NCBI RefSeq assembly: GCF_009834535.1
Contig: NC_045697.1
Location: forward strand, 80,230,001-80,294,000
Length of the DNA: 64,000 nucleotides
Source of the DNA: Camelus ferus
Lineage: Eukaryota
Direction: 5' to 3'
Numbering within the stretch: position 1 is the stretch's first letter; every line of letters begins with the position of its first letter. Under the pieces are notes generated by a model. It worked only from the letters and a program-made list of their open reading frames with translations. It had not been told where the DNA came from and ran no database searches. Of the stretch, positions 50,961-64,000 are shown piece by piece. Made by a program: the position numbers and the translations under genes.

Positions 50961-52404
50961 TTCGATTAAAGTCAGATATTCCTTTATAAAACCCAAATGA
51001 TTTTCCAATAATATAATGTGTTGATAAGGATAGTTCAATAAAACTGATCTAAGCAATTCTCATTTGACTATATATCTTTTGATTCTTGGGTTTTAGTTAC
51101 ACGCTGAGTTATCGGTTTCATATAAATATTCATGCTTCAAATCAGCAGAGACCAAGTTAACATCACAAGTCTCTAAAACTCTCTTTCCACTGCAACTCTC
51201 AAAAGGAAAAGTGTGATTCTTTTTAATCCCTTACTGTTTTCTTTAGGTAAAGAGATTACATGACCCAAAAAGAATTTCCACGTTGAGATGGCCAACAAGA
51301 GAAATAGTTAACAGACAAAAAGCTGTAAGCCTGAGTGCTTAAGGGAAATGTTCTTCCTTCTCTAGAATATCAGCAACTATCACTTATAAAGTTTTTCCAA
51401 ACTTCAGGCATAAATTTCAAGGGTCTAAATATTGCAAGTCCTGAGGCACTATGCCTTATCTATTCATCATTGTACTTCTATTCATAGTCCCCAAATGTTT
51501 CGGGTTTTATGACTGTCGGTTAGGCATGCCCTTAGAAAAGGTCCACATCGTCACTCCCTAGGACATTCATTCTAGGACAAGAAACCAAATGCTGATGATG
51601 ACGTTCATCCAGATCAGTGGTCTCTTTGTTCAAGTAAGAGCAGGCAGGAAGGATTTCTTACTGCCCATGAAAATGCCCCAGTTGGGTCAACGTTTCTGGA
51701 AAGGGTTGAATAGTTTTCAAATTCCAAAAAAAGAGATTAAAAAAAGCAAACAAAAGCGGCTTTCTTCCCTCAGGCCCCAGTGAAGAATGTGACCATTAAA
51801 GAAATACATCAGGCCATGTATACATTGCATGTTTCAGTCTTGGCACTTGTGGATTTGAGAAAGAGAATGACAGGAATGACTTCAACTGCCTAAATAATTG
51901 CAGTCATCAGCATCAGGTAATTGAATCTCCTACTTTGCTCGCTAGCTAAAAATAAGTTCCCAAAATGTTCCTAAGAAAAAGTCAAGGTAGATGGTAAATA
52001 TCAATCAATTAAGCATCATAACAATCAAGAAAAGTCAGTATTTGAATTTAAGTACATCATAATCATCATGCCTGAGAAAATGACATCATTTTAAGGATAC
52101 AGGCTTGGTTACTTCACATTTCTTAAAGTGTCTGTTCATATGTGTCACATTTTGCTCCAAAGTAGGTATCTGGCAAAACAAAATCTCCAGTTTTAGTTTT
52201 GGTTAAAAATCTATTTCTATGATTCCGAACATGCTAATTATCTAGTATTTAGGCAACAGGACCTTCAAAGAGCTGGCACCGTGGCACAATATGGACCCAA
52301 AGTAGCAAGTAAATAAAAGGAGACCTATAATAGTCACTTCAAACTCCTTGAACTATAGAAAACAATTTTGTATTCTTTCCAGAAGTTTCCTCATAGGCTC
52401 TTAT

Positions 52405-53445
52405 GCAAAAATATTTAGTGAATGCCTACTGTGTGCAAGCACTATTCTAGGCACTGGGGATAAAAAAGTAAAAAAAAAGTCCCTGTATTCATGGAACATT
52501 CTAGTGGGCAATACAGATACTTGACCAGATAGATGAAATTTAATTTATGATAGGTTAGGTGGTGATAAGTGTCAGGGAAAGGGGGGAAAAAAGGCCAAGA
52601 AGGAGTTGGGAAGAGTTGGTGAAGAAGGGCAGCTTTTAGGGACACAGGGAAGAACTATGAACCAAACCCTGAAGTTGGGGAGAGTTAAGCTAGGCAGGTT
52701 GCTGGCAGATGAACACTCAGGGCCAAGGGAACAGGAAGTAGAAATGTCTAGCTTGTTCCAGACTATGAGGGAGGCAGTGTGGCTGGAGCTGATTGGGCAG
52801 GAGAAGGGTAATCCATGAGACAATAGAGGCTCTGAGCAGAGTAGCCTTTGGCTGCTGTGTTGAGAATAGATGCAGGAAGGCCAGGGCAGAAGCAGGGAAC
52901 AACTAGTTACGATGCTATTACAGTGATCCAGGCAAGAGATGACAGTGGCTTGGGCCAAGGTAGTGCTGTGGACATGGTGATGAGTTACTGAATTCCGAGT
53001 ATATTTTAAAATTAACAGGAGTTGCTGTTGATGAATTAGATATAGTATGCAAAAAAGAAAGAAAGAAAGAGAGAAAGAAAGAAAGAGAGAAAGTTAGTAA
53101 TTACTACAATGTTGGGGCCTGGGAAACTGCAAAGGTAGAGTTGTCACTAACTGGCAGGAGCAAGTTTGGCCGAGGAGAAATGAGGTCAGTTTCAGACATT
53201 TTTAATTTGAAATGCCAGTGAGACATCCAAGTAGAGATGGTGAGGAGGCAACAGGAATTCAGGTAGAGGTCTGAGCTGCAGTGATCAGTTTGGCTGTCTT
53301 TAGTTTACAGATGGGATTTAAAGCCATTTTAGCGGACGAGATACTCAGGAAGTAAATATCAACAGAAAATAGAGGTGCCAGAGGAACAAGTTTTGGATTG
53401 TCTAGGAGATGAGGAAGATCTAGCAAAAAATGACCTAGAAGGATC
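52405..53445 (-). mobile_element. LINE-2 (L2a-like) 3' region
   Basis: aaatatttagtgaatgcctactgtgtgcaagcactattctaggcactgggga...cagtgatccaggcaagagatgacagtggcttgggcc...agacatccaagtagagatg. Confidence 0.9.
53052..53092. repeat. (GAAA)n microsatellite within L2
   Basis: aaagaaagaaagaaagagagaaagaaagaaagagagaaa. Confidence 0.85.
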
Positions 53446-55059
53446 AAAGAAAATTATCTATATAGTAAATCTGAATTACCTCTATGGTATTTTGCATATA
53501 TGCATGTTGTCTCAAGAATAACTAAAAAACCTTCAAGTGCCTTGAAGAGAAGATAAAACCTAACTCATTGTGGGCCCCAGGGACCAGCACTGTATCAACT
53601 ATGTAATAAACACTAAACGTATTTGTTGAATAAATAAGTGGTTGAATAAATGAATTCAGGATCTGGAGGGTTCAGTTTAGCTCAACAATCATTTATTGAA
53701 TACCTTCTAGTTCCAGAAACTGAGCAAAACACTGGGAAATAAAGACACATAAGTAGAAATGAGGAGAAGACAGACAGGTTAACTTGGTAGTGAATTGGTT
53801 TCATTTCTTACCAAGGGCAACAGCAAGCCCATAAATATAAAAATATTAAGTATGGATAAAAACAGTATGTTCTTGAAAGGGAATGATAGCTTCTCCCTTT
53901 AAAAAAAATTGTTAAGATCTGATTCCCTATCCTCCCTTTTAGCAAGATATGAGAAATTACAGTGAAAGTTGATGAAAAAAATCATGATTCAAGGCAGTAA
54001 ATCTATATATAAAACTTTCAAAAACATACTTATCACTACAGTAGCAAAGGAGAAAAATGATCAAGACCATGAATTATAACTTTCTTCCAAATTCTATGCT
54101 GAAAGCTTTTCCTCTGAGGATTCAATAAAAGTCCTGATTGTAGGTTACTGATTTGGAATTCAAAAAATTCTAAAGCATTTATGATAAATCAGACTTCTCT
54201 AATATATTTTTTTAAACAAAAGAGAGATCTTCCTTGAAACAATTATTCTTGTCTGCCAACATCTTAACAAATTTATAGCCATACCAACACATACAAAATA
54301 CACACACAGCAGAAATACATAAATGGCTGGCTGGAGGGCTAAAGAGATTGATGGTTTGACAGGGAGGCAGGTGGGCTGAAAGACTGACAATTACACAGGC
54401 ATTATAAAACAGACAATGTTTAAATATTAATTCATATTGAAATTATATTATCAGCCAAATACTATCTACAAAATTATCAGTAAATCATGAGTGGCCATAT
54501 TTAATGTTTTAAAAATTTCAGTTGAACTTCTCTAAATCAAACCAATTAGCAAATCAGTAATTTTCACATTTTTGCCCTATACCCTCACAGAACTGGCACA
54601 CATCACACAATAGGAGTGTATGTTATATACATATACACCAAGAATGAATATATGCATTTGAAATTGACATAGCCTCAATAATTCTTTTCACTTTTTTCAG
54701 ACTTATTTAAAATATCAAAGAACTCAAGTCATTTATCCAATAAATGTTTACTGAGTGCCTATTATGTTTTAGTGCTGTTTATATCCTTGCTGTAGTTAGC
54801 AAAGAGGTGTTTTTTACCCCCTCAAAATCTGCTTGTTTGTCAAAAGTCACATACTTTTGGATGTTTTACTTATTTTATTCACATAGCTAGAATTTCAAAA
54901 CACTGAACTGGTAACTTTCTGAGTCTGCTGTCTTAACAAAATGTTGTTTTAACTATTCTCAATTACACAGCTATCAATTAGCTAGCCAACACATTAAAGA
55001 GAGAAACTGTTCTTTTCTCTCATCAGATTATTGTAGTTATTTTAGAAATGGAATGTTTA

Positions 55060-55785
55060 ACTCAACAGAAGACATCAACAAAAGAGTTTCAGGTTCAGTT
55101 AATCATTCTATCTATTACTTCTACCTCTTAAATTACTCTCAAAGCTTTCCACGTTTCTGCATTTCCACCGCACTGCTTCAATACAGAAACCAGGATCTGA
55201 CACTAGGATGCCAATACGCTCCCAGACTTGTACCTGGAATGACTTTTCTCAAGTATCTCATTACAACATTCCCCTTAATTCTCCTTTTTAAAAATCAGGT
55301 TTTAGTTCAAGGAGTGATAAATGAGGAAGGGGCATTGAGAACTGGCCCCTGCCTGCTTCTTCTGTCCCACAGTTTCACGATACCCCCTCTCTCCCCTCAA
55401 CCTTAATGGCTCATCCAGACTGAGGTACAAATGTTACAACTGTCTACAGTCTCTCTCTCCCGTGGGCCTTGCACATGTTGTTGGTCCTGGCATTGCAGAA
55501 AGGAGATGGAATCTAGGATGGACTAAATTTTCCTTATTCTCTAGACCTCAGCAGAGAGTCTCCCCCTCCATGCTCTCACTCCTGTGGTCATTAGGCACCA
55601 TTCCTCCCCACGAGCTCACTCCATCTTAGGGCTCACCATAGTTTATTATCTCTCTTCCTGATTAGGCTGAAACCTTCTAGTGGGCAGGGACTATGTCTTA
55701 TTCATACTTTAATCTCTACTATTTAGCAAAGTGCCTGGCATATAATTAGCACCCAATCAGTATTCTAGTCATTGGATGAATGCAT
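55060..55785 (+). mobile_element. LINE-2 3' region
   Basis: gggcagggactatgtcttattcat...agcaaagtgcctggcatataattagcacccaat. Confidence 0.75.
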
Positions 55786-56565
55786 TATAATAGCAAATCT
55801 ATTTATAGAGAACGTCTAAAGTACCAAAGCTTGGGGGAAAGCTAGGTAAACCAACAGCAGCACCTGTCAAGTTTGGGGGTCCAAGTAGAAGTGAAAAGTA
55901 AGCAGGGATCACGTAGGACTTGGGCTTCCTGCCTACAAAGTCCAGGCTGGCAGATGGAGTTGATGAGAGTGTGGCAGAAAATATCATCATATCCTGAAGA
56001 AGCTGATTGCTAAACTTAGTCCAACATCTTTTAAACTGTGACTTTTCCAGATTCTCTTACATAGCAGAATGTCACTGACAGTCCATAGACACTGTCTCTA
56101 AAATGACAATTAATACCCAAGATAGCCTTTTCCAAAGAGAGCCATCTGACCCAGGAGCTGAAAGGCATCTACTGAAGGAGGCAGCACTTTAATAAGCGTC
56201 CAAGATTTTATACTTAATTAACTTTTTGAGAAAATTGGGCTTTCAGAATCTGGTTGAGCAAGAGGCAGTAAATCTCTTTAATGACTCTGCACAACAATTT
56301 CCATGAAGTAAGAATAGTTTCAGTTGTTTTCTGAGAAATGCTTACAGTACTTTATCAATCTTGGCAGCCTATAGTACATGAGACACACATAGCTCAGACC
56401 TCTATTATTTTAAAAATACATCTTAAAAATTTTAATTTCTAGCCTTGACTTTTGAAGTCCAGCTAATGAATGACTATGCCTTGCTTGCCTTTTCAATTCC
56501 AAACAATTTTGGAATTTCTAATTAATTTTATAAAATTCAAGATTAAAAAAAATTATATGGTCTTG

Positions 56566-59500
56566 TGATTTCTGGTCTGGCATGTAAGGCACTTAAGTGG
56601 TGTCACTCTGTCCTAATAACAAGTAAAAAGCTAAAGAAACTGAAAAATTAACAATTCTTCATAGATCCGACCCAAAACTGGAGAGACAGACAGGCATATA
56701 CAGAAGACCACAACTTCCTAGAACAGACACCTCTGCAGGAACTAGTGTGACGGTAGGCAAGTGTGAACTGTAACTGACAAGCTGCTGGAGGTTCAGTGTG
56801 GATAAGCCTGGAACATAAAACTCCAGGGGCAACCAGTCATGGGAGGCCCCCAGACTTCTCAAAGTTTACCTCAGGGAGCTCAATCAGGTCCTCACAGGAC
56901 TTATCAGAGAAAAATTCTCTTGTGTTTCCAGCAATGAGAAGAGAAAAGTAATCATTTTGAAAAATGGCAGAGCATTCTGTTCTTTTTAGCAAGGGCTGCC
57001 TTAATGAGATTTTACCAGAGCCTAAACTGCTATGGTATTAACAGGGCCTAACTGGCTTGGAGGAATACAAGCTAAAGAAAAGAAACACCCAACTCCAGCT
57101 TTCTCTAGCTATCCTGTCCCTCCTAAGGGGGAAGAAAAACCAAAGCAAAACTGAGAAGCACTGGTGAAATTCACAGTGCAAGGAATGAGACTAAGCAAAA
57201 GACTGAGACCACTCAGAGGACTACAGAGCACTTCCCCCCTGCCAGCACCTTACCAATACATTACTAAAGGCTTACTAACCACAGTTACTTTTACTCAGAC
57301 ATCAGTGTCCACCTTTCAACAAAAAATTATAAGATGTACCAGAAGGCAAAAACACACTTTAAAGAAATTTAACAAGCATCTCAGCCAGAATCAGATATGG
57401 CAAGGATGTTACAGTTACCAGACCAGGAATTTTACACTATGGTTAATATGCTATGATTAATGTGCTAAGGATATTAATGGAAAAAGTAGAAAACATGCAA
57501 GAACAGATGGGTAATGTAAGTAGAGGGATGGAAACTGAGAAACAATCAAAAAGAAATTCTGGGATAAAACAGAAACCACTGTAACAGTAATGAAGAATGC
57601 CACGGATGTGCTCATGAGTAGACTGGACATGGCAGAGGAAAGAACCTTTGAGCCTGAGGAAATGACAATGAAAACTTCCATAAAAATGTGTGGAAGACAA
57701 CAACAGTAACAAAGAACAATGGAAGCAAATAGAAAATAGTAACAAATATGATAGATGTTAATCCAACTATATAAATAACCCTTTAAACATCAATGAACTA
57801 AATACACCAATTGAAAGAGACAGAGTGGATTAAAAAACAAGATCCAACTATACATTGTCAGAGAGAAATTCACTTTAATTATAAAGACACAGATTAAGAC
57901 TAGATTGGAGAATGATATAACATGCTAACACTAATTGAAGAAAACAAAATGAAAGTAGCTATATTAATAATAGAGCAGACTTAAGGGCAAGGAAAATTAT
58001 CAGAGAAAAAGATGGCATTATTTAATGACAAAAGGGTCAATATTCCAAGAATATATATCAATTCTTAATGTATATGTGCCTAACAATACAACATCAAAAT
58101 ATGTAAGACAAACACTGGTGGAACTATAGAAAGAAATAATGTGAATCTACTATTGTAGCTGGAGATTTTAAAACCCTGCTATAAGAAATGGACTGATCTA
58201 GCAGGCAGAAAATCATTAACAACATAGTTGAACTCATGAGCACCATAAATCAACTGGATATAACTGACATCAGTGACTACTTCAACCAACAACAGTATAA
58301 AACATATTCTTCCCCAGCTCATATGGAACATTCACCAAGATAGACCAACTTCTGGGTCATAAAGCACACCTTAACAAGTTTAGAAGATCAGAAATCATAC
58401 AATGAAATTAAACTAGAACAATAACAAAAAGAAAACTGAAAGATCCAAAATACTAGGAGAACAAACAGCACGAATCAGGAATGAAATCAAAAGAAATTTT
58501 AAAATATTTTGAATTAACTGAAAAATACAACTTGTCAAAATTTGTGGGATGCACTACATAGAAGGAAATTTATATGTGCACTGAATGTGCATATTAGAAA
58601 GGAAGATATAAAATAAATACTCTAAACTTCCACTAGGAAACAAGAAAAAGAAGAGCAATTAAATTCAAAGTAAGCAGAAGAAAAGAAATAATAAAAATTG
58701 GAAACAAGCAATTAATAGAGAAAATCAACTAAAGCTAAAAAGCCAGTTCTGTGAAAAGATTAATAAAATGGATAAGCCTATAGCTAGTTTAACTAAGGAA
58801 AAAGAGAGAAGACACAAATTACTAATATCAGAAATGAAAGAGGAGACATTACTATAGATACCATGAACATTAAAAGGACAATAAAGAAACACTGTGAATA
58901 ACTCCATGCCCACATGTTTGATAACCTAGATAAAATCGACCAATTCCTTGAAAGACACAATCTGCTAAAATCACACAGGAAGAAACAGACAATCTGAATA
59001 GGCCTATCTATTAAAGAAATTGAATCAATAAATAAAACCTTCCAAAACAGAAAGCACCAGGCCCAGATGGATTCACTGGTAAATTATACCAAACACTTAA
59101 GGAAGAAGTGATACCAATTCTTCACAATTTCACATAGAAGACAGAAGCAGAGTGAACACACTGCAACACATTCTATGAGGTCACCATTACTCTAATACTA
59201 AAATGAGATAAAAGCACTACAAGAAGGAAGAATACCAATCAATATCCCTCATGAACATAGATACAAAAATCCTTAACAAAACATTAGCAAAATGAATCCA
59301 ACAATTTATATACCACAAGCAAAAGAAATTTACATTTCAGGTATGCAAGGCTGGTTTAACATTTGAAAATCAATAAATGTTATCCATCAATCACATCAAT
59401 AGGCAAAAACAGAAAAATCACACCAGTTGATGCAGAAAAAACATCTGACAAAATTCCATACCTATTCATGATAATAACTCTCAGCAAACTAGGAACAGAA

Positions 59501-60504
59501 GTTGCCTTCCCAACATCATAAAGAACATCTACAAAATACCATAAGCTAACATCAAATTGAATAGTGAGAAACAGTGAAGCTTTCCCACTAAGACCAGAAG
59601 CAAGGCAAAGATGTCCCCTTTCATCACCCCTTTCTAACATCATACTAAAAGTCCTAGTTAATGCAATAAAATAAGAAAAAGAAATAAAAGGTATACAAAT
59701 TAGGAAGGAAGAAATAAAATGATCTTTGTTCACAGATGATATGACTATCTATGTAGAAAATTCTAAAGAACTGACAACAAAACTTCTGAAATTAATAAGC
59801 AATTATCACCAATTACAGGATGTAAGGTTAAAATACAGAAGTCCAGCTTTTCTATATGCCAGAAGTGACCAAGTGAAATTCAAATTAAAAACACTTCACC
59901 ACTTACATTACCATTTACATTATACTCCCTAAAAATGAAACACTTGGTATAAGTCTACTAAAATATGTCAAAGACCTAGTTGAGGAAAACTATAAAAATC
60001 TGATTAAAGATTTAAAAAAATAACTAAATAACTGGAGAGATAATCCTTGTCTATGAGAAGGATGTCAAGATGACAGTTCTTATCAACTTGATCAACATAA
60101 TCCCACTTAAAATCTTAGCACGTCATTTTGTGAATATTAACAAACTGATTCTAAAGTTTATATAGAGAGCCAAAAGACCCAGTGTAGCCAACACAACATT
60201 TACCAAGAAAGACAAAGTTGAAGGACTGACACTACCTGATTTCAAGTAATCAAGAAAATGTGGTATTAATGAAAGAAAAAACAAACTCATTGTACAAAAC
60301 AGAAAGCCCAGACATGAACCCATATAAATATAGTCTCTCAACTTGGACAAAGGAGCAAAGGCAATATAATGCAGAAAGACTCTTCAGCAAATGATGCTGG
60401 AAAAACTGGATAGGCATACATCAAAAAACAAAAACCAAACAAACAAAAAGAACCTAGACACAGACTTTACATCTTTCACAAAAATTAACTCAAAATGAAT
60501 CACA
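56566..60504 (+). mobile_element. Old near-full-length L1 (L1MC-like), 5' part: 5' UTR, deleted ORF1, decayed ORF2 EN/RT
   Basis: 5' end tctggtctggcatgtaagg...gtcactctgtcctaataacaag; RT remnants (gcaccaggcccagatggattcactggt; FTDDM in ORF 59726-59932); many stops and frameshifts. Confidence 0.92.
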
Positions 60505-61972
60505 ATCCTACATACTATGATCCTCAATGACCATAAATTACAGGCTTTTCAATGTTTGTATTACCTAATTTCATTTCAACTGAGAGTTTACAATAATGTA
60601 TTTAGAAGACTCACATTAGGAGGAGTCAACAAGACTGAAACTATATGCAATAGTCTCTCTCTCCCCTCCTCCATATATATAATAGCTTTATCTATCTATA
60701 ATTACCATCTATTCTCTTTTTCTGTAACGTATCAGTGGAGATGGTAGAATACCAAATTTAGCTTTGCAACAGCTAAGAATATTTGATAAAAACCACAGAT
60801 TTCTCTCCCCCTGGAAATGCTCACTTGCACATATTTAAACTTGCTGTAAACTTTCAGGGGGGTTGTATATCAATCTAAACCCATTCATGGACTTCAAGTT
60901 AAAAAATCTTTACAAGACTATTTTTAATTGTAAAATATAATTTTTATGCTATTAAAACTCATTAAAATGCTATTACACATAATTTTCCATCCCAAATCAC
61001 AAATTTCCCACAATGCATCTTTAAAAGTTTAACATAAATCATGTTTCTTCTTCTCAGTCATATATTCTATATTCCACAGGGTGCTTCACCTCCTGCCTTC
61101 TGCTGTAAATATTCTTTCCTTCTTTCTATAAGCATTTCTGTTTCTCCAAGGGGTTAGTAGCCATAGGTTTTCAGATAAAAGCTTTTATTTTAAAACATGA
61201 ATATATACAACTCAACACAATACTACTAAAGCTCAGAAGTTCTTCCTAATGTTTATATTAATTTTCCTATTACCTTTGCTGCTTTTGCATTATGAACAGA
61301 TTACCCAGTCTACAATTCTCTGACCTACATATTAGCACATCCTGCTACTTTCAATTTTCCATGAAAGCCTCATCCTTCAAGCATCTACTCTCCCACTATC
61401 TGTGGCTCTCTGGTGGCTTTTACCTAACACTAACCCTAACATCATACTTCTGGGAGTGGTTTTTCAAATGGAGTAAGTAGCTGTATGGGATGCACATCTT
61501 CTCTTTTTAATATGTGAAAGATGTATTTTAATAAAATTTGAACTTGGTACTCAAATGTTATACATTACTAATATTACTATATAAATATTACATAAATATA
61601 AAATATCACTGTCATATTTTTAAATAGTAAAACCACGTTAGAACATTAAAGGAAATTTTTTAAATGTGTCTCTGCCAAATTTCAACAGTGTGAACGAATT
61701 TTATTTCTGTACATTCTTTTCCAGCTTTTTGCATGTTCTCAGAGTGTTACTGGGTGTAATCAATGTGGATATACCCATTTGTTTGCTGATCTTATTTTTT
61801 TGTTGAAATATAGCTGATTTACAATAGTTTCGAGTGTGTAGCAGGGTGATTTAGTCATATATGTATATTTTTAAGATTCTTTTCCATTATAGGTTATTGC
61901 AGGATATAGAGTATGGTTCCCTGCGCTATACAATTAACAAAAACAAACCAAAAAAAAAAAAAAAGAAAAGAA
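60505..61972 (+). mobile_element. Poly(A)-tailed retro-inserted non-L1 sequence interrupting the old L1 (probable L1-mediated transduction or retrocopy)
   Basis: Host L1 breaks after aaaatgaatcaca (60492-60504) and resumes at agaaagaatcaaa-gaccgaaatgt (61973 on); A-rich tail ~61936-61972; contains an antisense L1 3' end at 61792-61932. Confidence 0.75.
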
Positions 61973-63298
61973 AGAAAGAATCAAAGACCGAAATGTAAAA
62001 CTCAAAACTATAAAATTCCTGGAAGATAACATAAGAGAATGTCTAGATGCTCTTCTACATGGGGATGACTTTTAGATACATCAAAGGCATAGCCTGTGAA
62101 AAAAAGAACTGATAAGGTGAACTTAATTTAAAGTAAAAACTTCTGCTCTGCAAAAGACACTGTCAAGAGAATGAGAAGACAGGTTACAGACTGGGAAAAA
62201 AATACTTGCAAAGACATTTGATAAAGGACTGTTATCTAAGCTGTACAAAGAATTCTTAAAACTCAACCATAAGAAAATAAACAATCTGATTACAAAGTGG
62301 GCAAGGGATTAGAAGGGATACCTCACCAAAGAAGATATGCAGGTGGCAAAGAAGCATATGAAAAGATGCTCCACATCATACATCATTGGACAATTGCAAA
62401 TTAAATCAAGATACCACTACACATCTATTAGAGTGGCCAAAGTCCAAACCACTGACAACACTAAATGTCGACAGGATGTGGAGCAACAGGAACTCTCATT
62501 CATTGGTGATAGTAATATAAAGTGATACAGCCACTTTAAAAAGACAGTTTAGCAGTTTCTCATAAAACTAACCACACTCACCATACAATCTAGTAATTGT
62601 GCTTCTTGGTATTTATTTACCCAAAGGAATTGAAAACTTAAGTCCACACAAACACACGGATGTTCACAGCAGCTTTATTCACAATTGCCAAAATTTGGAT
62701 GCAACCAAGATGTTCTTTAGTAGGTGAGTGGATAAACAAACTGTGGTTCATATAGAGAATTGAATATTCAGTGCTAAAAAGATATAACTATCAAGCCATG
62801 AAAAAACATGAAGAAAATATAAATGTAAACAGCTACGGGGAAGAAGCCAATCTGAAAAGGTCACATAGTGTATTATTCCAACTATGACATTCTGGAAAAA
62901 GCAAAACTCTAGCGACAGTAAAATGATTAGTTGTTTGCAGGGATTAGAGAGGAGGTTGAGATGAACAGTTGGAGTACAAAGGATTTTTAAGACAATGAAA
63001 TTATTCTGTTTGAAATACAATGGTGGATACATGTCATTATATACTTGTCAAAAGCCCAGTCAATGCATAATATCAAGAGTAAACACGAATGAACTCTGGG
63101 TGACAATGAAGCATCAATGCAAATCCACCAACTGCAACAAGTATATCACTGCGGTGTGGGAGTCAGCAGTGGTGAGGATGTGCATTTTGGGGAGAGGAGT
63201 ATGGGAATCCTCAGAACTTTCTGCTCAATTTTGCTCTAAACTCAAAACTGCTCTGAGAAAACTGAAGTTTATTAAAAGTATAAATTAAAAAAAAAAAC
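61973..63298 (+). mobile_element. Old L1 (L1MC1-like), 3' part: ORF2 C-terminus, 3' UTR, A tail
   Basis: ORF 62337-62525 is ORF2-like (KHMKRCSTS); 3' UTR aagaagccaatctgaaaagg...gacattctggaaaa...ctcaaaactgctct; A-run at ~63287-63297. Confidence 0.92.
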
Positions 63299-63823
63299 AA
63301 CTGTTTCCTGAAGTCCTAAATTATACAACCATTTTTCCTAATTCATAAAGATAAATATGGGAATAGACAGAGTATCAAGCAATCCAAATTTATATTAAAG
63401 AATGAAAATGACTACAGTGAACAAATAAGTGAAACAGAAACAGACCCTCTGGAATTTAAGACAATTATCCCTGACAATATTCTAAAGAAGCCATTAGATA
63501 GTACTCATCTTGAATAGCCTCCTTCCTCCTGTAGGCTGTCAACTACAGAGTATTCATGAGACATAGTTATACCTTATGAGACAAGGTTACATCTTATCCC
63601 ACATAAACTGAAAGTGTCTATTAACATAAAAGAACTATGACATGTGTGGGTCAAAGGGTTGAGTTTGCCACCTTGGAGCAGTACCATAATACATGAGAAA
63701 AGTTGAGTGTTAATTTTGCCTTTCATTCAGAAAAGAATAAAAAGGATATGAGTATCTCTATCCCTGTCTATTAAAAGTACAGGATGTCATGATCATTTAA
63801 AAGGTTTTTTCTTAAAAATTATA

Positions 63824-64000
63824 CAGATATACCTCGGAGATACTGCAGGCTCAATTCCAGACCACCACAATAGAAGTGAATATCACAATAAAGCAAGTCA
63901 CAAGAATTTTTTGGTTTCCCAGTGCACATAACAGTTGTTTTTAGACCATACTATATTCTATTAAGTGTCCAAGAGCATTAGATCTTAAAAAAAGTACACA
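63824..64000 (-). mobile_element. Tigger1-type DNA transposon end (runs past window edge)
   Basis: ta|cagatatacctcggagatactgcaggctcaattccagaccacc...gaattttttggtttcccagtgca matches the Tigger1 terminus; TA target at 63822-63823. Confidence 0.88.

Noticed and set aside
57164..60350. Short ORFs within the old L1
   Set aside because: Remnants or shadows of a decayed L1 with many stops and frameshifts.

Overview
AT-rich mammalian genomic DNA lying entirely inside the CAMK2D (CaMKII delta) gene, which is on the minus strand. No Alu, B1/B2, BovB, PRE-1 or Can-SINE elements were seen, and the L1 3' ends are of cetartiodactyl type; the youngest L1 looks camelid-like (inference). Three kinase-domain exons are present: a 66-nt exon (10886-10951, [21 protein letters not shown]) and two 73-nt duplicated, mutually exclusive exons (7695-7767, [24 protein letters not shown]; 6677-6749, [24 protein letters not shown]). 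The rest is intron rich in L1, L2, MIR, DNA transposons (MER3, MER20-like, Tigger) and LTRs. Most notable: (i) competing complementary intronic elements that could sequester the 3' splice site of either mutually exclusive exon (candidate RNA-structure splicing switch), with RBFOX/QKI and CTCF-like motifs on the acceptor of the second exon; (ii) a ~1.47 kb poly(A)-tailed, TSD-flanked insertion of foreign non-coding DNA inside an old L1, shaped like an inverted L1 3' transduction; (iii) a candidate cryptic exon in frame with the kinase. Repeat family names and most repeat boundaries are by-eye estimates; exon numbering follows my recollection of the human gene.
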